DNA from: an uncultured Candidatus Saccharibacteria bacterium
Lineage (GTDB): Bacteria > Patescibacteriota > UBA1384 > UBA12157 > JAENIV01
Direction: 5' to 3'
Assembly: GCA_964433905.1 (NCBI GenBank)
Contig: CAYSSM010000003.1
Location: forward strand, 1-53,085
Length of the DNA stretch: 53,085 nucleotides
Of this stretch, positions 6,689 through 14,178 are shown one piece after another (the first letter of the stretch is position 1; each line of letters begins with the position of its first letter). Position numbers and translations under genes: made by a program. The notes under the pieces were generated by a model. That model had not been told where the DNA came from. It ran no database searches and was given only the letters and a program-made list of their open reading frames with translations.

Positions 6689-6728
6689 ATTTACAGTCAG
6701 ATGCGTTTGGCCACTTCGCTACCTCGGC
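6689..6728 (-). pseudogene. Fossil 5' half of a second tRNA-Tyr (ends in the anticodon loop)
   Basis: GCCGAGG TA GCGAAGTGGCCAAACGC A TCTGA CTGTAAA T. No matching 3' half follows. It diverges from the intact copy, with compensatory D-stem changes. Confidence 0.6.
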
Positions 6729-6818
6729 AAAAATAATTGTTAACCGATTCTTCGATTCCTATTAAATACTACTATAAAATAAGACCTTTTTCAATATTAA
6801 TAAGGTTCAGCAAAAGAC

Positions 6819-7313
6819 TTATCTGCGTTTTTTTTCTCTATCTAAGCCTTTTTCAACTTTTTCTAAAAGTTTTTGATACTTTTTGTTTTTAGGATCCAAA
6901 CTAAGAGCTTTTTTAAAAGATTGTTGAGCTTTAAAATAATCCTTTAGACCGGTAAGGGCGATGCCTAAGTTAATATGACGCGAAGCAAGATCGGGTTCCA
7001 GTTTGACGGCCTGAAAAAAAGCATCTTTGGCATCATAGTAATTCCCCTGCTCCAAAAAAATAACCCCTAAACGAGAATATATTTTTGGATTATCGGGATC
7101 TTGAGTTGCCGCTTTAACATAAAGATCTTCGGCTTTTTCATACTCTTTGCTTTCAAAAGCGTCATCGGCTTGAGCAATTAAACCGTATAAGCTTAAATCT
7201 TTGTCGCTGACTTCCTTGGCCTCAGATAATTTATCTCTGGCATCGGGCAGCCGGCGAGCAACAATGATCAAAATTATAACGACCGCTAAAACGATTGACA
7301 AATTCCAGATCAT
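6819..7313 (-). CDS. Membrane-anchored TPR repeat protein
   Basis: 164 aa. N-terminal TM helix followed by 3-4 TPR-like repeats (YEKAEDLYVKAATQDPDNPKIY..., YYDAKDAFFQAVKLEPD...). ATGA overlap with the upstream gene. Confidence 0.75.
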   Translation of the reverse strand: MIWNLSIVLAVVIILIIVARRLPDARDKLSEAKEVSDKDLSLYGLIAQADDAFESKEYEKAEDLYVKAATQDPDNPKIYSRLGVIFLEQGNYYDAKDAFFQAVKLEPDLASRHINLGIALTGLKDYFKAQQSFKKALSLDPKNKKYQKLLEKVEKGLDREKKRR

Positions 7314-8077
7314 ACAAACACCTCGACTTTTTCCCCTTTTTTGGTTTCAACGACGATTTTGCCTTCCAGGATGCTGTAGCCGCTGACAATCCCTTCAGCT
7401 TTTGGCGATGAATATTTACTGCCTATTTTCGGCATTTTCTTTTTTAATTCTTGGTAATTTTGAGCCTCAAAAGCCAAGCAGCACATTAATTTTCCACAAC
7501 AACCGAATAATTTGTTGGTATTGGAGGTTGAAAGCTCTTGCGTCTGGGCCATTTCCAAAGTAACACTTTCTAAATTATTTAAGAATTTGGAACAACATAG
7601 TTCCCTACCACAACGGCCGATGCCGCCGAAATGTTTGGCTTCATCACGCGAGCCGACTTGCTGAAGGCGGATTAGTTTATTGTAAGATTTGGCTAAATCG
7701 GTAACTAAACTGCGGAAATCAACCCGCCCGGCGGCGCAAAAATAAAAAGTCAGTTTTTTCTCGTCAAAGGAAATATCGACATCCAAAATTTTCATATTGA
7801 GGCCGTGGCGAAAAACTTTTTTTCTGCTTTCTTCCAAATATCCTCGGGCCTGTTTTTTTAGATTTACTAAATTCACCCGGTCGTCAGAACTAACGATTCG
7901 GATAATTTTTCCGTTACCGGTTTCTGCTTCGCCATTTTCCGGCTTTTCAACTAAAACTGCTTGCTCGACAATGCCGTCATTTTCCGCTAGAATTTCCTGG
8001 CCGGAACCCAACGATAAATCGGTCTCAAAAAGATATATTTTTCCCGTTGACGGAAACTTAATAAATATTTTTTTCAT
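7310..8077 (-). CDS. ricT: PSP1 domain protein (YaaT/RicT-like)
   Basis: 255 aa. Cys-rich PSP1 signature GRCGRELCCSKFL and FGCCGKLMCCLAFE. Lies downstream of holB, as in Firmicutes holB-yaaT. Confidence 0.8.
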   Translation of the reverse strand: MKKIFIKFPSTGKIYLFETDLSLGSGQEILAENDGIVEQAVLVEKPENGEAETGNGKIIRIVSSDDRVNLVNLKKQARGYLEESRKKVFRHGLNMKILDVDISFDEKKLTFYFCAAGRVDFRSLVTDLAKSYNKLIRLQQVGSRDEAKHFGGIGRCGRELCCSKFLNNLESVTLEMAQTQELSTSNTNKLFGCCGKLMCCLAFEAQNYQELKKKMPKIGSKYSSPKAEGIVSGYSILEGKIVVETKKGEKVEVFV

Positions 8078-8084
8078 TTTAAAA

Positions 8085-8735
8085 TTAAAATTTTAATAAT
8101 AGATTTTCTAATAGTAATTTTACCGAAGTATTGGTTAAAAGTAAACCTCTTGCCTTAACAATTTCTTTTAGAACGGTTTTTTTATCATGACCGGCCAATA
8201 ATTCTTCCCGAAAACTTTTTTCCCATAAATCGATGATTTTATTAAGATCGGGATTTTCCGACAGTTTGTTGGCATAATCAAAACGTTCTTTAATTGACAT
8301 TTGACCAATCTTTTTAAAATCTACAAAATCGCCTATCTCAACTTCGTCTTCATTTTTCTGGTATAATTTCTGGCATCTTGATTCGATAGTCGGAAGTATT
8401 TTTTCTTTTTTAGCGGCTGTCATAATAATAATCGAGCAAGATGGAGGTTCTTCTAAAGTTTTTAGCAAACAATTGGCGGCATCTAAAGTCAGATTTTCGA
8501 TGTTGTGGATAACCGCCAGTTTATTTTTAGAACTATGCGGTTTGAGAGTAATCCAATGAATTAGCTCGCGAATATGGTCAATTTTGACCGGATTTTCTTT
8601 TAGCTCAATAAGATCGGCGGTATTTACAGTTAAAATTTTTGCTATCAAAGCAATGTCGACTTTGCCAAAAATAATATAAGCGTGGCTTAAACGATCATTT
8701 TTCAGTTGATGTTTTAAAATATCTAAGACTTTCAT
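8085..8735 (-). CDS. holB: DNA polymerase III delta-prime subunit (short form)
   Basis: 216 aa. LSHAYIIFG, NCLLKTLEEPP and TIESRCQ motifs of clamp-loader delta-prime. Confidence 0.8.
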   Translation of the reverse strand: MKVLDILKHQLKNDRLSHAYIIFGKVDIALIAKILTVNTADLIELKENPVKIDHIRELIHWITLKPHSSKNKLAVIHNIENLTLDAANCLLKTLEEPPSCSIIIMTAAKKEKILPTIESRCQKLYQKNEDEVEIGDFVDFKKIGQMSIKERFDYANKLSENPDLNKIIDLWEKSFREELLAGHDKKTVLKEIVKARGLLLTNTSVKLLLENLLLKF

Positions 8736-8760
8736 TTTACGGCTTTAAACTAACATAGAT

Positions 8761-8789
8761 TTGACTTTTTATAAATATGAGTTTACAAT
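8761..8789 (+). promoter_or_regulatory. Candidate sigma70 promoter for the zinc-ribbon gene
   Basis: TTGACT-N17-TACAAT. The roughly 70-nt leader contains hairpins (CCCC atgc GGGG). Confidence 0.5.
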
Positions 8790-8862
8790 ATATATCGAGG
8801 GTACGGGAATATTCCGTCGGTCGAACCTAAAGTTAACCCCATGCGGGGAAAGAAATAATAAT

Positions 8863-9162
8863 ATGGATTTCGAAGACAAAAAACTAAATTGCAAGGAATG
8901 CTCAAAGGAATTTGTTTGGTCAGCCGGTGAACAAAAATTCTACGCTGACAAAGGGCTTCAGAACCCACCAGGACGGTGTCCTGATTGTCGCAAAATGAAA
9001 AAAGAAAGTCGATCGAATCGTGAAATGTATTCGATTATTTGCAAAGAATGCGGCAAAGAAGGTGAAGTGCCTTTTCAACCACGCAATTCAAATGATGTGC
9101 TCTGCGCTGAATGTTTTAAAAAATCGAGAACCCAAACAGGACCAGCTGAATCAAACGCCTAA
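8863..9162 (+). CDS. CxxC-x17-CxxC zinc-ribbon protein (two ribbons)
   Basis: ORF 8761..9162 trimmed to MDFEDKKLNCKECSKEF..GRCPDCRK...IICKECGKEGEVPFQPRNSNDVLCAECF. The region upstream of 8863 is the promoter/leader. Confidence 0.7.
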   Translation: MDFEDKKLNCKECSKEFVWSAGEQKFYADKGLQNPPGRCPDCRKMKKESRSNREMYSIICKECGKEGEVPFQPRNSNDVLCAECFKKSRTQTGPAESNA

Positions 9163-9170
9163 ATATTTCG

Positions 9171-9338
9171 TTATTTAGATGTAAGATTAGTTTTTTGTTT
9201 GGATCTTAAGCAAGCAGTGCAAATATATTTGCCCTGGAATTTTTGAATATTCGGTTTGATTATTCTTTTAGTCCGGTGCAACGAATGAGGACGGTTGTAT
9301 CCAACTTTCGGACTCTTTTCACATATTGCGCAATTCAT
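9171..9338 (-). CDS. rpmB: 50S ribosomal protein L28
   Basis: 55 aa, not in ORF track. Hand translation: MNCAICEKSPKVGYNRPHSLHRTKRIIKPNIQKFQGKYICTACLRSKQKTNLTSK. Matches the L28 pattern C..C.K....G.....HS...TKR...PN.Q. SD AAAGG upstream. Confidence 0.85.
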   Translation of the reverse strand: MNCAICEKSPKVGYNRPHSLHRTKRIIKPNIQKFQGKYICTACLRSKQKTNLTSK

Positions 9339-9475
9339 AATGCCTTTCTTTTTTGCTAATGACTAACTTTTTAGCAAGGTTAATAAGGTAGTTTTTTGAT
9401 ATGCTTTGATGCTATTTAGATATTAATTACCGACAATTTATGTTATCATATTAAAGAAACAAAAACAAGGCTAAG

Positions 9476-10099
9476 ATGCTACTATTTAATTTAATTTCAA
9501 ATCCTCAACAATTTATCGGTTTTATCGTCGCCATTTTGATAGCCATAACAATCCATGAATTTGCCCATGCTTGGACGGCCAATTATTACGGTGATTCCAC
9601 CGCCAAGCAAATGGGACGGTTGACCTTAAATCCCCTCGCTCATTTGGATCTCTGGGGAACGATTTTTTTGCTTATTGCCGGTTTTGGCTGGGGCAAGCCG
9701 GTAATCGTCAATCCCCGAAATTTTAAAAATCCAAAATTGGACAATTTGACGGTATCTCTTGCCGGACCAATGAGTAATCTACTTTTGGCAACATTTTTCG
9801 GATTAATTTACCGCTACTTCCAAATGCCGGGATTGTTGGAGCAAATCGTACTATTATTAATATTTTTCAATCTTGTTTTAATGATCTTCAATCTCATACC
9901 GATTCCGCCTTTAGATGGCTCAAAAGTATTGAGTATTTTTTTAAAAGAAGAAACTTATATCAACTTTCAGCAAATGGGTATTTTTCTCTTGTTCGGTTTA
10001 ATTTTATTTTCGCAATTTTTCCCGATTATACCAACTTTTTTAGAAAAAACCGTTTCGTTCTTTTTCCACATTATCACCGGTAAAACAGTTTTACTTTAA
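9476..10099 (+). CDS. Site-2 protease family (peptidase M50) membrane metalloprotease
   Basis: 207 aa, polytopic. HEFAHA zinc motif in TM1 and LIPIPPLDGSKV second motif. Confidence 0.85.
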   Translation: MLLFNLISNPQQFIGFIVAILIAITIHEFAHAWTANYYGDSTAKQMGRLTLNPLAHLDLWGTIFLLIAGFGWGKPVIVNPRNFKNPKLDNLTVSLAGPMSNLLLATFFGLIYRYFQMPGLLEQIVLLLIFFNLVLMIFNLIPIPPLDGSKVLSIFLKEETYINFQQMGIFLLFGLILFSQFFPIIPTFLEKTVSFFFHIITGKTVLL

Positions 10100-10144
10100 A
10101 AATATGTTTATAGTTGATAAGATGATATCATAAACTATTTAATC

Positions 10145-10217
10145 CGGAGTGTGGCGCAGTTGGTAGCGCACCAGGCTGGGGGTCTGGTGGTCGTCGGTTC
10201 GAGTCCGACCACTCCGA
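10145..10217 (+). tRNA. tRNA-Pro (anticodon GGG), CCA not encoded
   Basis: CGGAGTG TG GCGC AGTTGGTA GCGC A CCAGG CTGGGGG TCTGG TGGTC GTCGG TTCGAGT CCGAC CACTCCG A. C1-G72 and G37 are typical of tRNA-Pro. Confidence 0.85.
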
Positions 10218-10279
10218 CTTTTACGGGTTAAATGCCCTGATTATAGTTTATGGTCTATTATATTTAGTAAGGTAAAATT

Positions 10280-12475
10280 ATGGCATATGAAATACAATTT
10301 GCAAGAGTGACAAATTCCGGAAAATTATCCGACAGATTTTTAACATGCAAACACATAACCGCCGATGATTTGGCAAAATTCCCTATGGGTCAGGTTTTTT
10401 CACTAATAGAAATAATTTCACCATGGTTTCCAACTGCTCAAGTAGGACAAACAATCATTAATAATTTTTCTAAGTACTATTATGAAGGCGGCAGCACATC
10501 TGATTTGGTAAACCTGGAAAATTCACTTAAAAAGGTGAATGAGGATTTAGCCCAAATTACCCAAAACGGCGAAACTGATTGGATCGGCAATCTTAATGGT
10601 ATTTTGGCCGTAATTGCCGGTAATAATTTCCATCTATCGCCTACCGGCAAAGTCGAGGGATATATATTTCGCGACGGCAAAATTAATCACTTAACATACG
10701 GACTTCAAGATAGCGGTGAACCGCATCCGCTGAAAACTTTTTCGAATGTCGTTTCCGGAGAATTAAAAAGTCACGATAAAATCCTATTAACTACTAAAGA
10801 GCTTTTCAACCATCTTTCTTTGGAGTCGGTGCGGCAAATTATTTCTATTAATAATCCGTCAATGGCGGCGCAACAAATTTCTAAACTGCTGAGAAAAAAC
10901 AAAATTAGAAATGTTAACATCATTATCATCAACCTTCTCACAAAAGAAGAAGTTTCCAATGAACAGGCATTTGGAGAGATGGAAAATGTTTACTACTTAG
11001 ATAAAACGACCGAAGGAGTAATGGGCAAAATAAATGACATCTGGAAATCATTTCTTGTTCCTTTCGGCAAAATCATCAAACATAAAAGTAAGGATTTTGG
11101 CAAAAAAACATCGAACCTAACAAAAAATATTGTCAAAGAACCGATTACAAATCAAGAACCGGTAGGAAAACAAGATGATGCTTATCAAGAGTTTCTCGAT
11201 CCCGATAAAAGAGATGACAGTCTCCTAAAAGACGAGGAGATTAAGTATTCGCCAGAGCTTTATGTTCATTATTACGATCAGAAGAAAAATAAACAAAATT
11301 CTTTCTTCGATCAAGTAAAAAATGTCCTTTTTAAAATTTGGTTAAAGTTGAAACAATTCTTTACCTGGATAATTGATATTTATCACGATAAAGCAAGAAG
11401 AAAATATCTCTATATTGCCTTAGCAGTCATACTAATATTAATAATAGGCCTCGTAGTCGGCTTAAAAAATAAAAAGTCCCCTATTGGCAATTTAGACGCC
11501 CAAAAGATTCTTGACGAAGCTTCGGCTGCTGAAAAAGACGGTAAAAATGCGGTGGTAGCAGGAGATAAAGAAAAAGCTAAAGCGCAATTTATTATCGCTA
11601 TTGATAAAGCTAAAAGCATAAAAAGTAATTCCCTGGTAGCAAGAGACGCCGATCAGGTAATCATCAGCACTTATCAAGAATTAGATAAACTGACTTCAAC
11701 CACCCGTTTCAACACACTGACTTCAATAGCCAATATTGCCGATGCAAAAAGTATCTTTGTTGTCTCGGGTATTGGCTTTATTATTACCGACAAGGATATT
11801 TACGAAGTAAATACTCTTGGCGGCACACCGTCTAAAGTTGCGACTATCCCTAAAAATAAGAATTATCTTATCGGCACGCGTCAAGAAAAAATTATTTATC
11901 TTTATACAAGCGATCAAAATATATATAGTTTTAATACCAGCACTAAAAAAATCGAACAAGTAAAAATCACTGATGACAACAAATGGGAAACGGCAAATTC
12001 AATCGCTAGCTATGTCGGCACTTTTTATCTTTTAGACGGAGTCTTGGGTCAAATTTACAAACATTCATCGAGCGCTGACGAGTTCCAAAAAGGCGAAGAA
12101 TACATCAACACAACCAACATTAATTTAAAATCTGCGCGCTCGATTGCCATTGATGGTTCGATCTATGTTCTAAAAGAAAATGGTCAAGCCGTAAAATTGT
12201 TAAAATCGAAAGTCCAGGATTTCTCATTACAAAACATTCCCACGCCAAATGATAAAATCGCTGAACCAATTAAAATATTTACCGATGCGGACACACCCTC
12301 GGTTTATGTTCTTGATGGAGCCCAAAAACGAATTGTTGAATTCGATAAAGACGGTTATTTTGTTCGTCAATACGCTTTCTTAGAAAACATTAAATATTCT
12401 GACTTTTTCGTATCAGTAAAAGCCCGCAAAATCTGGTTGATCGGCGAAAATAACTTATACGAAATATCAATTTAA
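10280..12475 (+). CDS. Hypothetical bitopic membrane protein with a C-terminal beta-propeller-like repeat region
   Basis: 731 aa. Single central TM (YLYIALAVILILIIGLVVGL). The C-terminal half has recurring blades (..IYEVN, ..IYSFN, ..IYKH, ..IYVLKENG, ..VYVLDGAQKRIVEFDKDG). Function unknown. Confidence 0.6.
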   Translation: MAYEIQFARVTNSGKLSDRFLTCKHITADDLAKFPMGQVFSLIEIISPWFPTAQVGQTIINNFSKYYYEGGSTSDLVNLENSLKKVNEDLAQITQNGETDWIGNLNGILAVIAGNNFHLSPTGKVEGYIFRDGKINHLTYGLQDSGEPHPLKTFSNVVSGELKSHDKILLTTKELFNHLSLESVRQIISINNPSMAAQQISKLLRKNKIRNVNIIIINLLTKEEVSNEQAFGEMENVYYLDKTTEGVMGKINDIWKSFLVPFGKIIKHKSKDFGKKTSNLTKNIVKEPITNQEPVGKQDDAYQEFLDPDKRDDSLLKDEEIKYSPELYVHYYDQKKNKQNSFFDQVKNVLFKIWLKLKQFFTWIIDIYHDKARRKYLYIALAVILILIIGLVVGLKNKKSPIGNLDAQKILDEASAAEKDGKNAVVAGDKEKAKAQFIIAIDKAKSIKSNSLVARDADQVIISTYQELDKLTSTTRFNTLTSIANIADAKSIFVVSGIGFIITDKDIYEVNTLGGTPSKVATIPKNKNYLIGTRQEKIIYLYTSDQNIYSFNTSTKKIEQVKITDDNKWETANSIASYVGTFYLLDGVLGQIYKHSSSADEFQKGEEYINTTNINLKSARSIAIDGSIYVLKENGQAVKLLKSKVQDFSLQNIPTPNDKIAEPIKIFTDADTPSVYVLDGAQKRIVEFDKDGYFVRQYAFLENIKYSDFFVSVKARKIWLIGENNLYEISI

Positions 12476-12490
12476 ATCTACAAGTAATAT

Positions 12491-13534
12491 ATGAGTAATA
12501 ATCTATTTTCGTGGAAGAAATTTATTATTGTACTTTTACTTGGTGTTGGAATATGGATTTTAATTCCCAATATTATCGGCCTCAAACAATCGTTTGAATT
12601 ATTAAACAAAATTAAGTATTGGGCGCTTCTGCTGGCAATTTTGTCAGAAAGTTTTTTTTACATTGGCTCGACTATTCTTACTCAAACGGTTTTAAAAATG
12701 ACCAAGGACACTTTAAGGTTCAGGGATATTTTGAAAATTTCGATTATGGACTCGTTTTCTTTACAGTTTTTACCGTTTGGAACGCTTGGAGAGGCAACCG
12801 TAAACTATTACTTTTACCGGCTGAAGAAAATCCGCACTTCGCATATTCTAATGATGTTTGTCAGCCGAACTATTACCATTTGGCTAATTTTCGCTATAAT
12901 TTATTTGATCGGTGTAGCTTTTTCTCCGACGAATTCACAGATGGACACAACTAAAATGCTAATCATTTGGTTGATTTATTTAGTAGCGTTTATATTTTTA
13001 TTTTATTTAATTTATCTTTATTATAAGAAAGAACTACTGACAAAACGAGTTCTTCGTTTTGTAAACTTGTTAAATATTGTAATAAAGATTTTTTATGCCA
13101 AAAAAATCCCTTCAGAAAAAATTCCTCCTTATGTAGACAAAATTTACGAAGCGACAGATATTATGTCAAAAAATCGAAAATTGCAGCTGTCGGCAATTTT
13201 TGGAGGTTTATTATATTGGATCGGAGACATCGCTTGTCTGTACTTTGCCTTTTTGGGCTTTGGTTTTCAGCCAAATATTGCCATCGTTATTTTTGCTTAC
13301 TGTATCACAAAAATTATTTCAATTTTATCATTTATTCCCGGTGGAATTGGTATTACGGAAGCTTCGCTTTCTTTAATTTTTATCGGTTTCGGCGTTCCTC
13401 CATCGATTAGTTTGGCAGCCGTTTTAGTCTTTCGGCTTATTTCTTTCTGGCTGCCGATACCGATCGGATTGGCGTCATTCTTGAGTTTGCAAAAAAATTA
13501 TTATAAAATAAACTTACAAGAAACAAATATTTAG
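12491..13534 (+). CDS. UPF0104 / lysyl-phosphatidylglycerol-synthase-TM-region family membrane protein (flippase-like)
   Basis: 347 aa, about 8 TM helices. Family-typical FIPGGIGITEASL segment. Confidence 0.65.
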   Translation: MSNNLFSWKKFIIVLLLGVGIWILIPNIIGLKQSFELLNKIKYWALLLAILSESFFYIGSTILTQTVLKMTKDTLRFRDILKISIMDSFSLQFLPFGTLGEATVNYYFYRLKKIRTSHILMMFVSRTITIWLIFAIIYLIGVAFSPTNSQMDTTKMLIIWLIYLVAFIFLFYLIYLYYKKELLTKRVLRFVNLLNIVIKIFYAKKIPSEKIPPYVDKIYEATDIMSKNRKLQLSAIFGGLLYWIGDIACLYFAFLGFGFQPNIAIVIFAYCITKIISILSFIPGGIGITEASLSLIFIGFGVPPSISLAAVLVFRLISFWLPIPIGLASFLSLQKNYYKINLQETNI

Positions 13535-13543
13535 GAGGGGTTT

Positions 13544-14110
13544 ATGTGGGATGACTTACCAAAGAAAAATTCTGCCAACATGTGGCTGATTGGTATCCTG
13601 ATTATCATTGTTTTGGGGGTCTTAGGTTTTATTGGTTATGTATACTACAAAAATTCCGGAGCGGTTTCCCTAAATGTAACACCCTCTCCTAATGTTAGCG
13701 GAATAAAATCCGGCAACCCTTCAGTCTCGCCGTCACCTAAAGTTAGCATGTCGCCAACCATTTCTCCCAGTCCTACCGTAACGGTTGATTTAAAAATACC
13801 CGAAAATGAAACTTTGGTAACTTCTTCGATCGCCGACACTAATGGCGATAATAAAGATGAGACTTTAGTTATTACCAAAATGAAAGACGGCAAATACCAC
13901 GCTTATGTTTTATCTTACGATGGACAGTCTCTTTTTGACGACAAACAACTCACCATGAAACCGCAACGCATCGCCACACAAATATATGATTCATCAAAAG
14001 AAAGTTATCTGTCTTGGATGCTGATTTTTACAGAAGATTCCGGCAGTTTGGCTTTCATTCATTTTAATGGGACCAAATACGAGATCCCCCAAAATAATAT
14101 GGAAATCTAA
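13544..14110 (+). CDS. Hypothetical membrane-anchored exported protein with Ser/Pro-rich linker
   Basis: 188 aa. N-terminal TM, linker NPSVSPSPKVSMSPTISPSPTV, then a globular C-terminal part. GGAGGGG SD upstream. Confidence 0.6.
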   Translation: MWDDLPKKNSANMWLIGILIIIVLGVLGFIGYVYYKNSGAVSLNVTPSPNVSGIKSGNPSVSPSPKVSMSPTISPSPTVTVDLKIPENETLVTSSIADTNGDNKDETLVITKMKDGKYHAYVLSYDGQSLFDDKQLTMKPQRIATQIYDSSKESYLSWMLIFTEDSGSLAFIHFNGTKYEIPQNNMEI

Positions 14111-14178
14111 ATTACCTAGTTTTAATTACTTAGTCCTAAACCGTTTGCCCCCATTTCGTAAATGGGTGTAAATGGTTA

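Noticed and set aside
5921-6728. Group I (or other) intron splitting a single tRNA-Tyr, with the endonuclease ORF as intron cargo
   Set aside because: The downstream tRNA-Tyr is complete on its own. Joining the upstream 5' half to the downstream 3' part gives mispaired acceptor and anticodon stems. I could not recognise group I core elements (P3-P9).
12619-13410. Alternative-frame ORFs 12619..12954 and 13216..13410, and many similar nested or antisense ORFs throughout (for example 1557..1838, 3915..4366, 17936..18371, 34312..34551)
   Set aside because: They are nested within longer ORFs that have clear family signatures. They are low-complexity translations with no independent signals.
14149-14166. 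Hairpin CCCATTT-cgt-AAATGGG between the convergent genes at 14110 and 14179, as a bidirectional terminator
   Set aside because: There is no flanking T- or A-tract on either strand. It is plausible but too weak to call.
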